In this document: positions 19,313 through 42,854 of the stretch, piece by piece
Layout of the letters: each line of letters begins with the position of its first letter
Position numbering within the stretch: position 1 is the first letter of the stretch
Assembly: GCA_000934665.2 (NCBI GenBank)
Contig: KZ538880.1
Location: 1-42,854, forward strand
DNA length: 42,854 bases
From: Catajapyx aquilonaris
Taxonomy: Eukaryota
Direction: 5' to 3'
Position numbers and translations under genes: made by a program
Notes under the pieces: generated by a model
Databases searched by the model: none
Told to the model about the DNA's origin: nothing
Seen by the model: the letters and a program-made list of their open reading frames with translations, nothing else

Positions 19313-20225
19313 AATACATGCCGATTGTGGCGCGCTTCATGTGTCGGTAACGGCTGGGTACGTAGCCTGTGATGTACTGAGGAGCGTCGCAGGTTGGTGT
19401 GACATGCCCCACAATTAATCGGATTAATTAGGACAGGGAATGATTTGCGTTTCAGTTGACGGTTTAAATTTGCGGTGTTTTAAAGCAATTATTGTTGGTG
19501 TAATTGTCGTGTTCTGCTGCTAACTTCGGAAACACTGGGCGGTTGTACTACTACACGAGGGTTTGTTGACATTCAACTCGCTGTACCTGCATTTTTGGAT
19601 TCGGGCCAGTTATTCAAAATTTTTGCTCATTACTGCGAGAGAAATTCGGTGCTAGTAAACTGATAAGCTGTATCAGTAAATGTTGTCACATGCCCCAGTT
19701 CCTTTTATTATCAGGAAATAATTACCTCGGCTACGCTATTCAAAAACATGTTTGTTAGAAGGGGTTGTGAAATGGCATTATCTAGATATTCCCACAAGTA
19801 TTTTGACTGGTAATGACACTTCATGATGTAGAGTAAATCATACCAAATGCACCTACTCAGCATACGAAGCCGCAAGTACAGAATTTGAATTCACGTCATG
19901 TATGTGCTTTAATATTCATCACTTTCATCACCGAGTAAAAAAATGTGCAGTTGTTGAAATGTCCTTTGCTGAACGAGTTGACAGCTTCCTGCAGTTCATC
20001 AGCTGCTACGGATACAAGGAAAAACAGTGACGTGTGACATTATTGTGCCTTCAAATCAAGGACACTTTACTCATAAATTTGTGTTGTTTCAGAAGCGACA
20101 GTGCAACATCCCGAGGAATTCTACAGTATTTGTGTGAACCATGGCATTTGTGACGGAGACTGAAGCGCAGAACGGTGATGAAGCCCGGAGGTGATTCGGA
20201 CTTGTCCCGGGACAAACTGTGGTGA

Positions 20226-40013
<19,788 letters not shown>

Positions 40014-41681
40014 CTAACAAGGTTACCACAGCTGTCGGAAGACGGCTGATGGTAAATGCCCCTCCGAACGAGAGAAGATGCCGAACTCTGTAGTGTGGCT
40101 GCGAGTCGCTTCCAGGACGAAGATAACGTTTCTTACATTTTTCTTTATTCTATCTACTTCCCCCTTCCCCCGGAAATAAAAAGAAACCGTCAAGTGTATT
40201 TTTTGCATCGAAATAAAAACATTTAAAAGGAGAGGCTCCGCTAAACAAGTGGCGGTTCATTGCTCACGGTGCATTCATTGTATTGTTGTGAGCAGCGCGA
40301 TTGCTTTTTTTTCCCCCTTGCCTCTGGTTTTTTTCTAATTAACTTGTTAATTTATGCGCCGTGAAAGATTGTATGCAAGTATGCTTTTTTTTTTGCCTCC
40401 TAGTATTCAGCGCCTGTTTTATTTAAAGCGATTGATGTCAGATTCGACTTCCAATGCGGAACTTGCATATAAATTCAATCACAAATTTTTGGAAGTCGAT
40501 TATTTTGCATTGAATAAAAAATATTTAAAGAAAAAGAAAAGGATCCTGAGCTGTGGACCAGTTTAAAGAAATGTGATAATTATACAAATAATGTGTGTGT
40601 AGTTTACATGTGTGGAATTTTCTGTGAGATGTGGAAAAAATTTTTTTCTGATCCTTGTCAAGTGTGTGAGTGGACAGTTAAAGATGTACCTCGTGTCTCG
40701 TTAAAACTAATAGTTACATGTGTGGTCATCCACGCATGGTTTATTGGTCAATTATAGTTGTCTAAATGAGAGACTCGAGTTGTGTCTTTCAACCATTTTT
40801 CCGATATCACGTATGGTCAGTGTATGTGGAAACTAAGTGAATGTCTGTCGAACACAAAAAAAACTAAACGATAAGTGTAATTTTTTAGTACCGATATGAC
40901 GAGAGTTGAATATTCTCGAGTACTTGACACTTTCAACTGATTTTATTCTCATGTGCCAAGAATTAACAGCTCACTAAAGACGGGGCCCAAACAAAAAAGT
41001 CAATCATCGTACAATGATATATATATATAAAAAAAGTGAATTTCTGTTTTGTACATTGAATGAGTGTGTGCGCGTGTAATTTTATTTTTCCCTCCCACTC
41101 CTTTCATGTCCTGCAAGTAAAAAAAAAAAGGGTCATACTCCCCCATGACATCATGTGTTCTTCGGTATGTACATCAAATTGTTGAAAAGGGTTAAAAAAT
41201 AAGAAAACACTTGTGATTCATAAGTCTGTTTTTTTTTTTTGTGAGGCTTTGTAAGTAAACAGGTTATTAATGTGACATGTCTTGTTATCATTTATCTTTA
41301 CAATTGAAAACTCCAGTTGTCACAACAGCCCACTTGTGTACTGCAACTTTATAATTGATATTATATATATTAGATTAGGGAGGTTGGCCCAGCATTTTTT
41401 CCCGTGTTGTCCTTCCTGCCTGCTAAATCTCTGTAACTGGGAGCTGCCCTCGTCTGCAAAGAATGGCAAGAAATGGCCATTTAAATGGTTTTTAGTCATT
41501 TCAGACCCCTTTTAGAGGAGGGAGGGGAGAAAAATTTTTGGAAATTTTTAAGACACCTGCTTAATGGGAGGGGGCGATCACCTTTTTCGAAGAAAAAAGT
41601 CAAAAAAATAAAAAAGTTATTTAAATGATCAAGTGGCTTCGCTTGTTGTTGTCCATCCCGGCAGCCCCCACCCTACGCACC

Positions 41682-42657
41682 CCATAGTCCCTACATTTGT
41701 CTTATACCAGGGAGTTCCATTCTCAAACTCTATCACCCCTCCAAATATTTAAGTCTACAATTTAAACTATAGGTCCAATAAAATCACAAGCAAATGCAAA
41801 TGAATCGGCACACTTTTTAGGGCATTTCCAATGGTTTGTTGCAGCCTGACCTTTGACCTGAAAGGCCCTAATATTAGGTTTTTGGTCTGGGGCGAGGCCC
41901 TACCTCGGTTTCCATCTGTCGGAGCTTTCGTAATGAGACTGTACAGAGCACAGTACTTAGATATACAGTATATCTCTCAATGTGAGGTATAGTATGCCCC
42001 TAGCCTGCTAGCCAAATGTAGCAGTCCGCCTGTCCTTGTGGGTAGCGGGGCGGGGGTGGAAAGGGGGGAATATGTAAGGTCAAAGAGACAGGAAGGCGAC
42101 CAAGCCTACACCAAAATTTGCCTATCTAAAACCGCGTCGACGATAATTATGCGCATCTCCACACACAGCAGAAGCAGGTTGGAATTTATTATTTTAATAA
42201 TCCATAGAGCAATGCCACGAAACAGTGATGCCGCATGTCCGTCGTCGTGATGACCCCAAGGAGGTGACCACTCGCCTGCGTCCCATTCACACTGATACCA
42301 GCCAACAGGGACTGCTACATTTGGCTAGGGGCATACTTGTTCACATGGAGAGATATAGTCTACTCACTACTGTATATCCATGTACTGTGCTCTGTACACG
42401 CTCATTACGAAAGATCCGACAGATGGAGACTGAGGTAGTAGGGCCTGCCTCTGACCAAAAACCTAATATTAGGGCCTCTTAGGTCAAAGGTCAGCCTGCA
42501 ACAAACCATGGGAAATGTCCCAAAAAGTGTGCTGATTCATTTGCATGTGATGGTGATTTTATAAGGCCTATAGTTTAAATTGTATGGTTAAATATTTGGA
42601 GGGGTGATAGGTTTGAGAATGGAACTCCCTGGTATAAGACAAATGTAGGGACCACGG
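41682..42657. mobile_element. ~975-bp non-autonomous DNA transposon with ~345-bp imperfect TIRs
   Basis: 41682-~42027 is the reverse complement of ~42309-42657 (e.g. gtccctacatttgtcttataccagggagttccattctcaaac / gtttgagaatggaactccctggtataagacaaatgtagggac). ~280-bp spacer, no transposase ORF, no clear TSD. Confidence 0.85.
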
Positions 42658-42854
42658 TCATATAAGTAAGGTCTGGTCACTCCCACCCGCCCCCTGCCGG
42701 GGCATTTTGCAGCGGGTGCTCGCCGGAGAGCGCCAGGAGACATTTCGAGGCCACGATTAGTGGCGACCCTACCGGACTATAGGCTGAACTTTATAGATAC
42801 GAAGGGGAGGGCTACATTGGGGGGCCCAACATGGCCGCCGGCGGCCATGTTGGG

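Overview
Eukaryotic, almost certainly arthropod/protostome, genomic DNA with compact genes (most introns 51-71 bp) and no prokaryotic features. Six spliced gene models were read by hand, each keeping frame across its junctions. (1) 761-2583 (+): a rearranged partial tandem duplicate of the next gene, encoding a Tudor-less LOTUS-only protein (two extended LOTUS plus one LOTUS) with a hydrophobic C-terminal tail. (2) 6112-10707 (+): TDRD5/Tejas-like gene (4 LOTUS + 1 Tudor). (3) 11824-12964 (+): divergent type II membrane torsin-like AAA+ gene. (4) 13178-15290 (+): divergent ionotropic receptor. (5) 17686-15377 (-): canonical torsin ending in KDEL, with a GC-AG intron. (6) 20250-40013 (+): FAM102/EEIG1 NT-C2 gene with an 18.1 kb first coding intron. 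Also present: a foldback MITE with 8-bp TSD, a Helentron/DINE-1-like element plus an inverted fragment, a truncated non-LTR insertion with 14-bp TSD, a long-TIR element, several minisatellites and two assembly gaps. The most interesting leads are the possibly tail-anchored tandem-eLOTUS duplicate, the torsin plus membrane torsin-like pair, and apparent ancient TDRD5-torsin-FAM102 synteny. All family calls come from motif recognition, not database searches.
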